Source: an uncultured Opitutales bacterium
GTDB taxonomy: Bacteria; Verrucomicrobiota; Verrucomicrobiia; Opitutales; Intestinicryptomonadaceae
DNA: 32,000 bases
Direction: 5' to 3'
Assembly: GCA_934660865.1 (NCBI GenBank)
Contig: CAKUIA010000007.1
Location: forward strand, 1 to 32,000
Below, piece by piece: positions 1-7,592 of the stretch. Position 1 is the first letter of the stretch, and each line of letters opens with the position of its first letter. The notes under the pieces are model-generated. The model worked only from the letters and a program-made list of their open reading frames with translations. It had not been told where the DNA came from and did not search any database. A program made the position numbers and the translations under genes.

Positions 1-155
1 CTCGTAGAATGCGGAATAAAACTATGAAAAACAAATTACAAAAAAAACCTTATTCCACAACCTTTGGGGTTGACCCCAAAATTACAGATTGAGGGTCTTG
101 GGCCTATGCGGCATCTTTCATTAATATCCACTCTCTTTGGTGTTGACCCAATTTT

Positions 156-182
156 GGCTGACCAGTAGGCATTGGACTCACT
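156..182 (-). repeat. Degenerate direct copy of the tRNA-Gln 3' segment (T-loop 3' half to CCA), att-like scar
   Basis: tggctgaccagtaggcattggactc (156-180) aligns with tggttgaccagtagg-gactc at the tRNA 3' end (345-365). The two differ by 1 substitution and a 4-nt indel and lie in the same orientation, 189 bp apart. An extra TCGAACCC T-loop fragment occurs at 283-290. Confidence 0.4.
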
Positions 183-314
183 CGCTTGGTTTTGCTTCCG
201 CAAAATCCGCGCTGTTCTCGCCCTTCGGGTAAATGCTCCGCATTTATCCTCCCCAAAAGCTCGCCTTCAGCGACTTTTGTGGTCGAACCCTTCTCGTCTC
301 CTACTGCTTACAAC

Positions 315-344
315 AAAAAAGGCCCCGTTTTCACGGAGCCTTTT
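315..344. terminator. Hairpin flanked by an A-run and a T-run, directly after the tRNA-Gln 3' end
   Basis: aaaaaaGGCCCCgttttcacGGAGCCttttt has a 6-bp stem with one G.U pair. On the minus strand it follows the CCA end and is followed by a T-run. Confidence 0.5.
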
Positions 345-418
345 TGGTTGACCAGTAGGGACTCGAACCCCAACAAAAGGTGCCAGAAACCTTTGTGCTA
401 CCATTACACCACTGGTCA
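345..418 (-). tRNA. tRNA-Gln (anticodon CUG), CCA encoded
   Basis: The reverse complement folds as a 74-nt cloverleaf. Acceptor stem is TGACCAG/CTGGTCA (U1:A72, typical of bacterial tRNA-Gln). D stem is GTGT/GCAC. Anticodon stem is AAGGT/ACCTT with loop TTCTGGC (anticodon CTG). T arm is TGGGG-TTCGAGT-CCCTA, followed by discriminator A and CCA. Confidence 0.9.
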
Positions 419-883
419 ATTTATAAAGATGTCATTCTCTTACATTCTTTAAGTATGTCAAGAACAATTTGAAACTTGCCGCGATGTATATATAACATAC
501 GAAGCTTTTTATGCGCAAAAAACTGATATCCTTTGTAAAACACTCACGCGGGGGTGTATCAATATTTAGTCAACTCAATAAACATTCCATCTTTATTTGT
601 TTCGCCACTCCATATTTTAGAAACATCTTTTACACTGTCTAATATTGGTGCTTTGAAGTACAAACCTGAACCTTGAACGCACACCGCTTTAAAGACCTGC
701 CGCGCCTGCAGCTAAATATGGGACACAGCAACCAAATGCTTTTATGCCACCGCTACATAAATATGCGCAACATCTCCCGCTTTGAAGCCGAAAAGTTTTT
801 TAACTAGGGCTTTTGTATTTGATTAAAAATATATCTTTACGCAACGAACAGTATTATTGGCTAGATGGCAATGCAAAAGGGGT

Positions 884-1033
884 ATGGGCGGGTTTGCCCC
901 CGACTCTTGTGCGGGACGCGCCAACGGTTTTAGACTGGCATACACTGCGCCGTCTATTCCCGAACCCGGTACATACGCAATGATATTCGGCATATTGGCA
1001 TTGGGCTTTGCCGTTTACCACAAACGCAGGTAA
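884..1033 (+). pseudogene. Orphan PEP-CTERM sorting-signal fragment (49 codons), likely the 3' remnant of a larger secreted protein gene
   Basis: My own translation of a frame shorter than the track cutoff gives MGGFAPDSCAGRANGFRLAYTAPSIPEPGTYAMIFGILALGFAVYHKRR*. It shows a PEP motif, a hydrophobic helix and a basic KRR tail. There is no signal peptide or mature domain upstream; an in-frame stop lies at 824-826. Confidence 0.55.
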
Positions 1034-1042
1034 AAAACACTT

Positions 1043-1068
1043 AAGCTTTGGGCCTGCGCCCAAAGCTT
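1043..1068. terminator. Bidirectional stem-loop between convergent ORFs
   Basis: AAGCTTTGGGC-ctgc-GCCCAAAGCTT is a perfect 11-bp stem with a 4-nt loop. On the minus strand it is followed by aagtgTTTTTT. Confidence 0.55.
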
Positions 1069-1071
1069 TGC

Positions 1072-1935
1072 CTAGCTTAAATTTTTTACGGCGCGCTTAA
1101 AGAGGCTTGAAACTATAAGTTTGTGGAAAACCCAAATTGCGGCAAAATATACTCTGCCCATAATGTTGTTGAAGTTTACAAGGGTTGTTATGCTTGCAGT
1201 TTGCCCGTTTTCGGTTTTGCATGAACAAAATAGCGAAACGTAAAAGTTTAGATGTTTGTTTTTTGAATGCAAAACAATTTCGTTAGCGGTTTGCTCTATA
1301 ATAAAATCGCCAAAGGAACCGTTTGTTTTTATCCCGAACGGTTTTACCAAAAAGTTGCGAACCTTATATAAAAACTTAAGCCACGGCGGGCGATAGTTAA
1401 AAACCGATTCGAAAAGTTCGGCGGCGTTGATTTGGCGCGAAGCCGAAATTTTCTTAGAAAAGCAGTCGGCATAATCTGCCGGCAAGTATTTTGAAATCAA
1501 TTTGTTTTCAGCTGCAATTTTCATAATTGGGCCTAAATATCTACGAATTTTGCCTCGTGCTTTGTATAGGGTATAAGATTTTCGACATTTTGTTTCGAAT
1601 TTCATATAGCAGGTTGTAGTAGAATCGCTACAGCCGAAATATTTTTCGCGCAAAACATCGTTATCTACAACAAGCTGCACTTTGTTTTGGGTGTCGTGCA
1701 AAAGCCCGAATATTGTGGTGGCCCCTATATGGACGCCCAAAATTTGGTACAGCAATTCGGCGGGGGCAAACGAAACCCTTGCAATGCCCAAAGCTGCCAC
1801 AAACGCCTTTGTGCAAAAGGCCTTTTGCTCGGTGGTTATAAACAGGTAAAAATTCGTCTTTTGCCTGTTGCACAAAAACAGCGACTTTACCGTTTTTACG
1901 CCGAGCTTTTCGTTTATGGGAGTGTAGCCTTGCAA
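1072..1935 (-). CDS. YbaK/ProX-like deacylase domain (N-terminally truncated) fused in frame to a DUF2867-like domain; possibly two gene remnants read as one ORF
   Basis: This is a 287-codon ORF with a TTG start. Residues ~10-125 resemble a YbaK/prolyl-tRNA editing domain (KSLFL, GIARVSFAPAELL, GATTIFGLLHD, VQLVVD) but lack the first ~25-30 residues. Residues 138-287, from the internal ATG at 1522-1524, resemble a stand-alone DUF2867 protein (YLPADYADCFS, RPPWLKFLYKVRNFLVKPFG). Confidence 0.55.
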   Translation of the reverse strand: MQGYTPINEKLGVKTVKSLFLCNRQKTNFYLFITTEQKAFCTKAFVAALGIARVSFAPAELLYQILGVHIGATTIFGLLHDTQNKVQLVVDNDVLREKYFGCSDSTTTCYMKFETKCRKSYTLYKARGKIRRYLGPIMKIAAENKLISKYLPADYADCFSKKISASRQINAAELFESVFNYRPPWLKFLYKVRNFLVKPFGIKTNGSFGDFIIEQTANEIVLHSKNKHLNFYVSLFCSCKTENGQTASITTLVNFNNIMGRVYFAAIWVFHKLIVSSLFKRAVKNLS

Positions 1936-2058
1936 ATTGAAAACGGCAAATCAAGCTTTTAAGCAAATAAAACAAAAAATTGCAAAAAAAGCCCGATATT
2001 GTCTTTTGCGACCCAAAATTTTGTTGCCATTAAAGGCGCGTTAAAATAGTTTTCGGGC

Positions 2059-3024
2059 ATGAAAATTATCTTTACAATTTTTGCCGCGCTTTTGTGCGGG
2101 TGTTGCCAGCTTAAAGACAATGCGGCCTCAGTTGCCGAAAAAACGGCCGAAGAAATAGGCGCAAAGTTTAGCCAAAGCGCAGACTGCAAAGCGCCAAAAA
2201 ACGCAAAGATTGTCTGCGCCGACCAATCCAAAAGCGGCATTGTTATGATAGACGCCCAAAGCAACAATATTGTGTGGCAATGGACGCCCGACCGCGACAA
2301 AACCATTGCGCCCGAACACAAAAAATGGTTCAAAAATATCGACGAAGTAAAGCCCGTAAACGGAACTTCGCAGCTTTTGGTAACCGCCTCGCTGGGCGGG
2401 GTTGCCATAATAGACATTGCAAAAGACAGAGCCGTTTTTTACGCACACGACAACGGCAATCTCCATTCGGCCGCGCTGCTGCCCGACGGCAATATTGTTA
2501 CTGCGGCCTCCGACGGCAACCACCTTTGCCTTTTCGACAAAACACAAAACCGCGGCACATTCGACACCGTAAAAAAGACCAACTACGAGCTTGAATTTGC
2601 GCACGGCGTTGTGTGGGACAAAAAGCGCGAAATACTTTGGGCGCTTGGCCTTAGGCAAATAAAGGCGTTTAAATACATAAAAAATCCGTCGCCGGAGCTT
2701 GTGCTTGTCGAAAACATAGATTTGCCCGCAAAAGACTTTAACGGACACGACCTATACCCAATACCCGACAAAGACCTTTTGTTTATCACGGGCGAAAAAT
2801 CGGTTTGCGTTTTCGACCCCGAAAGCAAAAAGATATTCACCGCCTGCAACGAGGAAAACCTTAAGAGCATTTCGCAGCTTAACGGCGAAATAATAGTTTT
2901 GCGCCCCGAAATTTCGTGGTATTCGCAGACCGTAAGGTTTGCAAACGGCAAAGTTGCGGCAACCCAAAAGAACGCAAAATTCTACAAGGCCCGCTGGCTT
3001 GCGGCCAACACATTTAGCGAATAG
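2059..3024 (+). CDS. Putative lipoprotein with beta-propeller-like repeats, function unknown
   Basis: 321 aa. The N-terminus MKIIFTIFAALLCGCC carries a lipobox-like LCGC. Repeated hydrophobic-strand/DG-N segments (LLPDGNIVTAASDGNHLCLFD and similar) suggest a propeller fold. A terminator follows. Confidence 0.7.
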   Translation: MKIIFTIFAALLCGCCQLKDNAASVAEKTAEEIGAKFSQSADCKAPKNAKIVCADQSKSGIVMIDAQSNNIVWQWTPDRDKTIAPEHKKWFKNIDEVKPVNGTSQLLVTASLGGVAIIDIAKDRAVFYAHDNGNLHSAALLPDGNIVTAASDGNHLCLFDKTQNRGTFDTVKKTNYELEFAHGVVWDKKREILWALGLRQIKAFKYIKNPSPELVLVENIDLPAKDFNGHDLYPIPDKDLLFITGEKSVCVFDPESKKIFTACNEENLKSISQLNGEIIVLRPEISWYSQTVRFANGKVAATQKNAKFYKARWLAANTFSE

Positions 3025-3034
3025 CGCAAAACGT

Positions 3035-3061
3035 AGCTTGCCCCTTTTTTACGGGCAAGCT
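3035..3061 (+). terminator. Rho-independent terminator of the lipoprotein gene
   Basis: AGCTTGCCC-cttttttac-GGGCAAGCT has a 9-bp stem and lies 10 nt after the stop codon. Confidence 0.6.
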
Positions 3062-3246
3062 TGCCCTTTATTGTCGGGAAAAGTTTGCCGCGTTTATATT
3101 TTTGCCGGGAAAATTTTTTGCCAACAAAAGGCGGGCATTTAACGAATATCTAGCTGCGAAAAACTTTGCCTTTGCCCTGCTGCAAAAAAATTCGCAGGCA
3201 AAAACAAATGCCCGCGAAATATAAAGAATGCGATTTGTTGAATTTG

Positions 3247-3903
3247 CTACTTACTTTCGGCGGGGGTGTCTTTGTCGTCTTTAACTTTGTAGCAGCTCCA
3301 TATATGCAAATCGTCTAAATGGCGGACATCGGTTGTAGTAGAGCTGCCTTTTGCGGAAAGCACAACGTATATGGTTTTAAGAAATATCTTTAAGTCCATC
3401 GTAAAGCAGTAGTTGTTAACGTACATTACGTCGTACTTATATTTTGTGCTGAATTTAAGGTTGTTTCGCCCGTTCACCTGCGCCAAGCCCGTTATGCCGG
3501 GGCGGACATTCGACCTGGGCTTAAACTCGGGCGGGAGCGCTTTTATCATTTCTATAGGCTGCGGCCTTGGGCCGATAATCGACATATCTCCCTTTAAAAC
3601 GTTTATAAACTGGGGAATTTCGTCTACGCTGATTTTCCTTAGCACATTGCCCACTTTCGACAGCCTTAGATTGTCGGGCAACGGATTGCCGTCTTTATCG
3701 TAGGCGTCTTTCATGGTTTTAAATTTGTATACCTTTATGACGCACTCGCCTATCCCACCGCGCTCGTGCACAAAAATGGCCTTCTTCGAAATAAAAGCCC
3801 AAACTATGATATACTCTATTACAAATATCGGAGACAATACAAGTATTGCAAGGGCGGAAAACAATATGTCGAAAGACCTTTTAAATATGGGATAGATTTT
3901 CAT
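3247..3903 (-). CDS. Small monotopic phosphoglycosyl (undecaprenyl-phosphate sugar) transferase, Bac_transf family
   Basis: 218 aa. An N-terminal membrane helix (FDILFSALAILVLSPIFVI) is followed by KFKTM, SVDEIPQFINVLKGDMSIIGPRPQ and GITGLAQVNGR, which are hallmark PglC/WbaP C-terminal-domain motifs. Confidence 0.85.
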   Translation of the reverse strand: MKIYPIFKRSFDILFSALAILVLSPIFVIEYIIVWAFISKKAIFVHERGGIGECVIKVYKFKTMKDAYDKDGNPLPDNLRLSKVGNVLRKISVDEIPQFINVLKGDMSIIGPRPQPIEMIKALPPEFKPRSNVRPGITGLAQVNGRNNLKFSTKYKYDVMYVNNYCFTMDLKIFLKTIYVVLSAKGSSTTTDVRHLDDLHIWSCYKVKDDKDTPAESK

Positions 3904-3912
3904 ACGCAGTCT

Positions 3913-4941
3913 TTACTTTATAGACGATATGTTTTTCTGCCACTGCCACGCATTTTTAAGCGTTTCGGCCAGCGGCGTTTTTGCGTACCAACCCAACTCT
4001 TTGTTTGCCTTGCTTGCATTGGACCAAATTTCGGGAACGTCTCCGCTGCGGCGCGGCGCATAAACATAGTTTAGCTTTAAATTGTTTACGCGCTCGAAAG
4101 TGTCGAGCAGCTCCTGCACCGACACGCCCTTGCCCGTGCCTATATTGTAAATGTCGTAATTTTGTTTTGTCTTATAGGCCAGCAGTCTTTCAAGAGCGCA
4201 AACGTGCGCCCTTGCCAAATCGACAACGTCTATAAAGTCTCTAACGCAGGTTCCGTCGGGTGTATTGTAGTCGTTGCCGAAAACTTTTAGGCACGGCCTT
4301 ATGCCCGCCGCAGTTTGCGTTATAAAGGGCACCAAATTGTTCGGAACGCCTCTCGGCAACTCGCCTATAAGCGCCGACGGGTGCGCCCCTACGGGATTAA
4401 AGTAGCGCAAGATAATGCCGTTGAAATTGTCGTAGGCTTTTACGCTGTCTATAAGTATGTCTTCGCAAATTTGCTTGGTTCTTCCGTACGCCGAACTTGC
4501 GGGCTTTAGCGGCGTTTGCTCCGTTACTGGAAGTTTGTCGGCATTGCCGTATACCGTTGCCGAAGACGAAAATATAACATTCGAGCGCTTAAACTCCCTC
4601 ATAAGGGACAAAACATTTACAAACGACTGAAGGTTGTTCGAATAATATTTTAACGGGTTTTCAACCGACTCGCCAACCGCCTTGTAAGCCGCAAAGTGTA
4701 TAACCGAATCGAAATCGTGCTTTTCGAATACCCGCTTTAGCGCGTCGGTATCGCAGGTATCGGCCTCGATAAAAGGAAATTTTTTGCCCGTAATTTTAGA
4801 TATGTTTTCGATTGCGGAAGGTTCGGAATTTGCAAGATTGTCGACGGCAACAACTTCGTAGTTGGCCTCCAACAACTCTACCACGGCGTGAGAGCCTATA
4901 TAACCTGCCGCCCCTGTAACTAAAACTTTATGACTGTCCAT
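3913..4941 (-). CDS. galE: UDP-glucose 4-epimerase
   Basis: 342 aa. It has a Rossmann VLVTGAAGYIGSH motif and the SDR catalytic YGRTK. Its full-length layout is typical of GalE, and it is co-oriented 9 nt upstream of the sugar transferase. Confidence 0.9.
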   Translation of the reverse strand: MDSHKVLVTGAAGYIGSHAVVELLEANYEVVAVDNLANSEPSAIENISKITGKKFPFIEADTCDTDALKRVFEKHDFDSVIHFAAYKAVGESVENPLKYYSNNLQSFVNVLSLMREFKRSNVIFSSSATVYGNADKLPVTEQTPLKPASSAYGRTKQICEDILIDSVKAYDNFNGIILRYFNPVGAHPSALIGELPRGVPNNLVPFITQTAAGIRPCLKVFGNDYNTPDGTCVRDFIDVVDLARAHVCALERLLAYKTKQNYDIYNIGTGKGVSVQELLDTFERVNNLKLNYVYAPRRSGDVPEIWSNASKANKELGWYAKTPLAETLKNAWQWQKNISSIK

Positions 4942-5380
4942 TATCTATCCCAAATATGCGAGTTATAATATAATTCAAAAGAATGCGAATGCCAAACGGC
5001 AAAGCCCAACTTCGAACAATCGTTTTATAGTCGTATTTTCATTGAATTTTGTCGAGAAAAAACGGATTTTTATAACATTCAAATTCTTAATTTTGCACCA
5101 CGGCATATAAAATTGCGCGCAACAAAGCTGTACCCATTTGACGTCAAAAAAATTTACCCTACATTCTTTAATGCAATAATCGGCTTTAAATGCCGCTTGT
5201 TTGCATAAATTAACGCGCACTTTGCCGCAAAAACACCCTTTTTGCACCAAACGGTTTTTGTTTTTATGCAACAAACTATATTTACGACAGTTATATTAAA
5301 AATTTTACTTGCATAAATTTTCGAATTTTTTTATTTAATGGTACATAAATTATTGCGATAACATCTATGTAGGTCATGCC

Positions 5381-5707
5381 ATGAAGCCAAAGCACAAATT
5401 AAACAAGTCGCTGATTATTCTCGGGTTGGGAATGCTTACAATGCTTTTCCCCAATATTTCGGCACAAAAGGCGTATTCGTCGCAAAAATCATTTAGCGCA
5501 GCGACAAACTACGCAAAGTTTGCCCTTTGGCAGTGCGGCAAGAAAACAAAAAAAGGCGAGTCGCTGTTTACAGAAGAGGAAAGCGAGACTACCGAGTCGC
5601 CTAAAAGCGAATCGCCCAAAATTAAGATAAACAAGAACAACCAATACAAGCCCAACGGCATAAAATGGCCACCCGTGCCCGAACATTTTAAGGCCTGCAA
5701 CAACTAA
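5381..5707 (+). CDS. Small secreted protein, unknown function
   Basis: 108 aa with a signal peptide (LIILGLGMLTMLFPNISAQ), followed by an E/S/K-rich low-complexity region and two Cys. It is preceded by a 440-bp AT-rich intergenic region and followed by a clean terminator. Confidence 0.55.
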   Translation: MKPKHKLNKSLIILGLGMLTMLFPNISAQKAYSSQKSFSAATNYAKFALWQCGKKTKKGESLFTEEESETTESPKSESPKIKINKNNQYKPNGIKWPPVPEHFKACNN

Positions 5708-5717
5708 AACACCAAAG

Positions 5718-5742
5718 CGCCCGCAATTTTCGGGCGTTTTTT
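5718..5742 (+). terminator. Rho-independent terminator
   Basis: CGCCCG-caatttt-CGGGCG followed by TTTTTT. It abuts the stop codon of the convergent GNAT gene. Confidence 0.7.
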
Positions 5743-6226
5743 ATAGTATAAGCAAATAGTCTACAACGCCCAAATATTTGCCGAACTTTTTGCCTACCTG
5801 CGCAAAGTGCGACACTTTTTTAAACCCCAAAATTTCGTGCAGCTTTTCGCTTTGCGCATTGCCATCGGTTATGCAGGCAACCAAAGCGTGGCATTGGCGC
5901 TTTTTACATTCGCCAATCAACTTTTGCATAAGCATTGTGCCTATGCCCCTGCCCTTTGCGGAATGTGCAACGTAAACCGAAGTTTCGTAGGTTTGCGCGT
6001 AGGCCGCCCTCTGCTTCCATTTATGCGCGTAGCAATAGCCTAAAACGGCGCCGTTTTCGTCGGCAAAAACGTAGTACGGGAATTGGGCCGAAATTTCGGA
6101 TATGCGTTTTTGCATGTCGGCTATGCCCACAATTTCGGTTTCGAAAGTGGCCGCGGAATTTTGTATATAGTAGTTATAGATTTCGGCAATTTCGGCGGCG
6201 TCGGATATTTCTACGGCTCTAATCAT
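5741..6226 (-). CDS. GNAT N-acetyltransferase, phosphinothricin/methionine-sulfoximine acetyltransferase-like
   Basis: 161 aa. IYNYYIQNSAATFE, RAAYAQTYETSVYV and GRGIGTMLMQKLI (acetyl-CoA loop) match the PAT/YwnH-type GNAT pattern. Confidence 0.8.
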   Translation of the reverse strand: MIRAVEISDAAEIAEIYNYYIQNSAATFETEIVGIADMQKRISEISAQFPYYVFADENGAVLGYCYAHKWKQRAAYAQTYETSVYVAHSAKGRGIGTMLMQKLIGECKKRQCHALVACITDGNAQSEKLHEILGFKKVSHFAQVGKKFGKYLGVVDYLLIL

Positions 6227-6239
6227 AATAACGGGAAAA

Positions 6240-7436
6240 TCATTTTTCGCTTTCGACCGTTGTAGGCCCGTATATCTTTTGGTAGCGGCGCGCTATAAGC
6301 GAAAGTATGGCAGCGCAAAACGCCCCGCAAACTATCAGAGCCGCAAAACACACAACTTCGCTTCCAAAACCTATAATCGGGGCTGCAACGGCCCCCACAA
6401 AGAAGGGCAAAGCACCGAGCAATGCCGCGGCAGTTCCAGCATTTTGCCTTTGGCTGTCGAGCACTATTGCCGAGGCCGCGGGGGCCGCAATGCCGAACGA
6501 CGCCATCATAAAAAACAGCATTGTTTCGAGCAAAAACACGTTTGCACCAAACAAAGCGCAAACTGCGGCAAGCGCCGCAAAGCATAAGATGGAAAACCCC
6601 GAAAACACAACAGCGTATCTGCGGCGCTTAAATTTTGCCGAAAAGGCCGCGCCTACGCCTATGCCCACCGCATTTAGGGCGAATACCGCGCTAAATTCCA
6701 TGGGTTTAAAGCCGTAAATATTTTCGAATATAAAAGGACTTGCCGATATGTACGAAAAAAGCACGGTTGCCATTGCCGCCTGCTGTAGTATGTACGAAAG
6801 CGCCACTTTGTCGCGCACAACGTTTGCGTACAGGGCAAATGTGGCCGCCAAAGGCAGTTTAGACCTTCTCGAAAGCTCCAAAGACTCGTCTATTTTATGC
6901 GATAAAAGCAGCAAAAGCACACCCAATAAAAAGAGCAAAACAAATATTGTGCGCCACGGGGCAAAAAGCAGACTTACGCCGCCGGCAATGGGGGCGGCCA
7001 CGGGGGCAATGCTGTGAACTGCCGCTATTAGCGCCAAAAATTTTACAAGCTCCATTCCCGAATATTTGTCGGACGAAATGGACCTTGAAAGCACAATGCC
7101 GCCCGCGCCCGCAACGCCCTGAAGAAAGCGCATTGCTATAAATGCGTATATGTCGGCGGCAAAAATGCAGCCCACCGACGACGCTACAAACAAATACATC
7201 GAAAACAACAGGGGCTTTCTTCTTCCGAATTTGTCGCTTAAAGGCCCCACAAAAATCTGGCCTACCCCGAGCCCGAACATGCAAATACCCATGCTAAGCT
7301 GCACTAGTAGCGTGCTCGTATTAAACGACTCGGAAAGATTCGGCAACGCGGGCAAATACATGTCGGTAACAAACGGGCCGAACGCCGACAGCGCCGCCAA
7401 AGTTATCAAAAACAATATTTTATTTCCTTTTTCCAT
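6240..7436 (-). CDS. MFS transporter, Bcr/CflA drug-efflux subfamily
   Basis: 398 aa, about 12 predicted TM segments. The N-terminal TDMYLPALP and GPLSDKFGRRKPLL motifs are characteristic of Bcr/CflA. Confidence 0.85.
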   Translation of the reverse strand: MEKGNKILFLITLAALSAFGPFVTDMYLPALPNLSESFNTSTLLVQLSMGICMFGLGVGQIFVGPLSDKFGRRKPLLFSMYLFVASSVGCIFAADIYAFIAMRFLQGVAGAGGIVLSRSISSDKYSGMELVKFLALIAAVHSIAPVAAPIAGGVSLLFAPWRTIFVLLFLLGVLLLLLSHKIDESLELSRRSKLPLAATFALYANVVRDKVALSYILQQAAMATVLFSYISASPFIFENIYGFKPMEFSAVFALNAVGIGVGAAFSAKFKRRRYAVVFSGFSILCFAALAAVCALFGANVFLLETMLFFMMASFGIAAPAASAIVLDSQRQNAGTAAALLGALPFFVGAVAAPIIGFGSEVVCFAALIVCGAFCAAILSLIARRYQKIYGPTTVESEK

Positions 7437-7443
7437 TATGCGA

Positions 7444-7466
7444 TATGCGTAGCCATAGTACGCATA
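7444..7466. promoter_or_regulatory. Perfect inverted repeat TATGCGTA-N7-TACGCATA in the MFS leader
   Basis: An 8-bp perfect inverted repeat lies 8 nt upstream of the MFS start codon (7436). It could be an operator or a leader hairpin. Confidence 0.3.
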
Positions 7467-7539
7467 AAGTTGCCGTTTTCAACAAATTTTAGGGCGAAGG
7501 CGCACTTAAAACGAAAAACGGGGAGCATTCTCTATAAGC

Positions 7540-7568
7540 TTGACTACGAAAGCTTGCGTAAAAATAAT
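7540..7568 (+). promoter_or_regulatory. Sigma-70-type promoter TTGACT-N17-AATAAT
   Basis: -35 at 7540-7545 and -10 at 7563-7568, 25 nt upstream of the ATG at 7593. The same -35/N17/AATAAT architecture recurs at 20420-20448 and 22923-22951. Confidence 0.45.
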
Positions 7569-7592
7569 CCGACATCTTTTGCTATTTACGAT

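Noticed and set aside
156-315. Possible structured RNA (tmRNA-like or intron-containing tRNA) on the minus strand. It shows an ...CTGGTCAGCCA 3' end, a GGGTTCGAC element near the 5' side and a potential closing helix (GCAGTAGG / CCTACTGGT).
   Set aside because: At about 160 nt it is too short for tmRNA. It has no tag-peptide reading frame, no foldable T arm (no partner for GCCTA) and no matching 5' acceptor strand. It is better explained as decayed copies of tRNA-Gln segments (an att scar).
562-711. A 50-codon open frame on the minus strand with protein-like sequence (...VQGSGLYFKAPILDSVKDVSKIWSGETNKDGMFIELTKY*).
   Set aside because: It has no ATG start and no ribosome-binding site, is bounded upstream by a stop codon, and shows no motif I recognise. 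I treat it as a probable gene remnant, not a feature.
2128-2748. Long antisense ORFs opposite real genes: 2128..2748, 7506..8231, 12551..13324, 13907..14581, 15441..16067, 18152..18739 / 21002..21589 and 24112..24621.
   Set aside because: Their translations are R/F/G/C/K-rich low-complexity sequence typical of the reverse frame of strongly codon-biased genes. The opposite strand carries genes with unambiguous family motifs. The 18152 and 21002 pair is duplicated only because its host genes are.
5101-5117. Sigma-54-like motif cGGCAT-N-TTGCg in the galE/5381 intergenic region.
   Set aside because: The GG-to-GC spacing is 13 nt instead of 12, and the motif lies about 270 nt from the nearest start codon.
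4975-5274. A 99-codon Cys-rich ORF (11 Cys) on the minus strand inside the 440-bp AT-rich galE upstream region.
   Set aside because: It has a TTG start, no ribosome-binding site and no signal peptide or repeat logic to the Cys spacing. It sits where the galE and 5381 promoters must lie. The Cys excess is explained by GCA/ACA-rich plus-strand sequence.
7470-7592. A 41-codon N-terminal extension of the sialidase-like ORF (TTG start in the track).
   Set aside because: The extension precedes a clean signal peptide that begins at the ATG at 7593, and it overlaps the predicted TTGACT-N17-AATAAT promoter.
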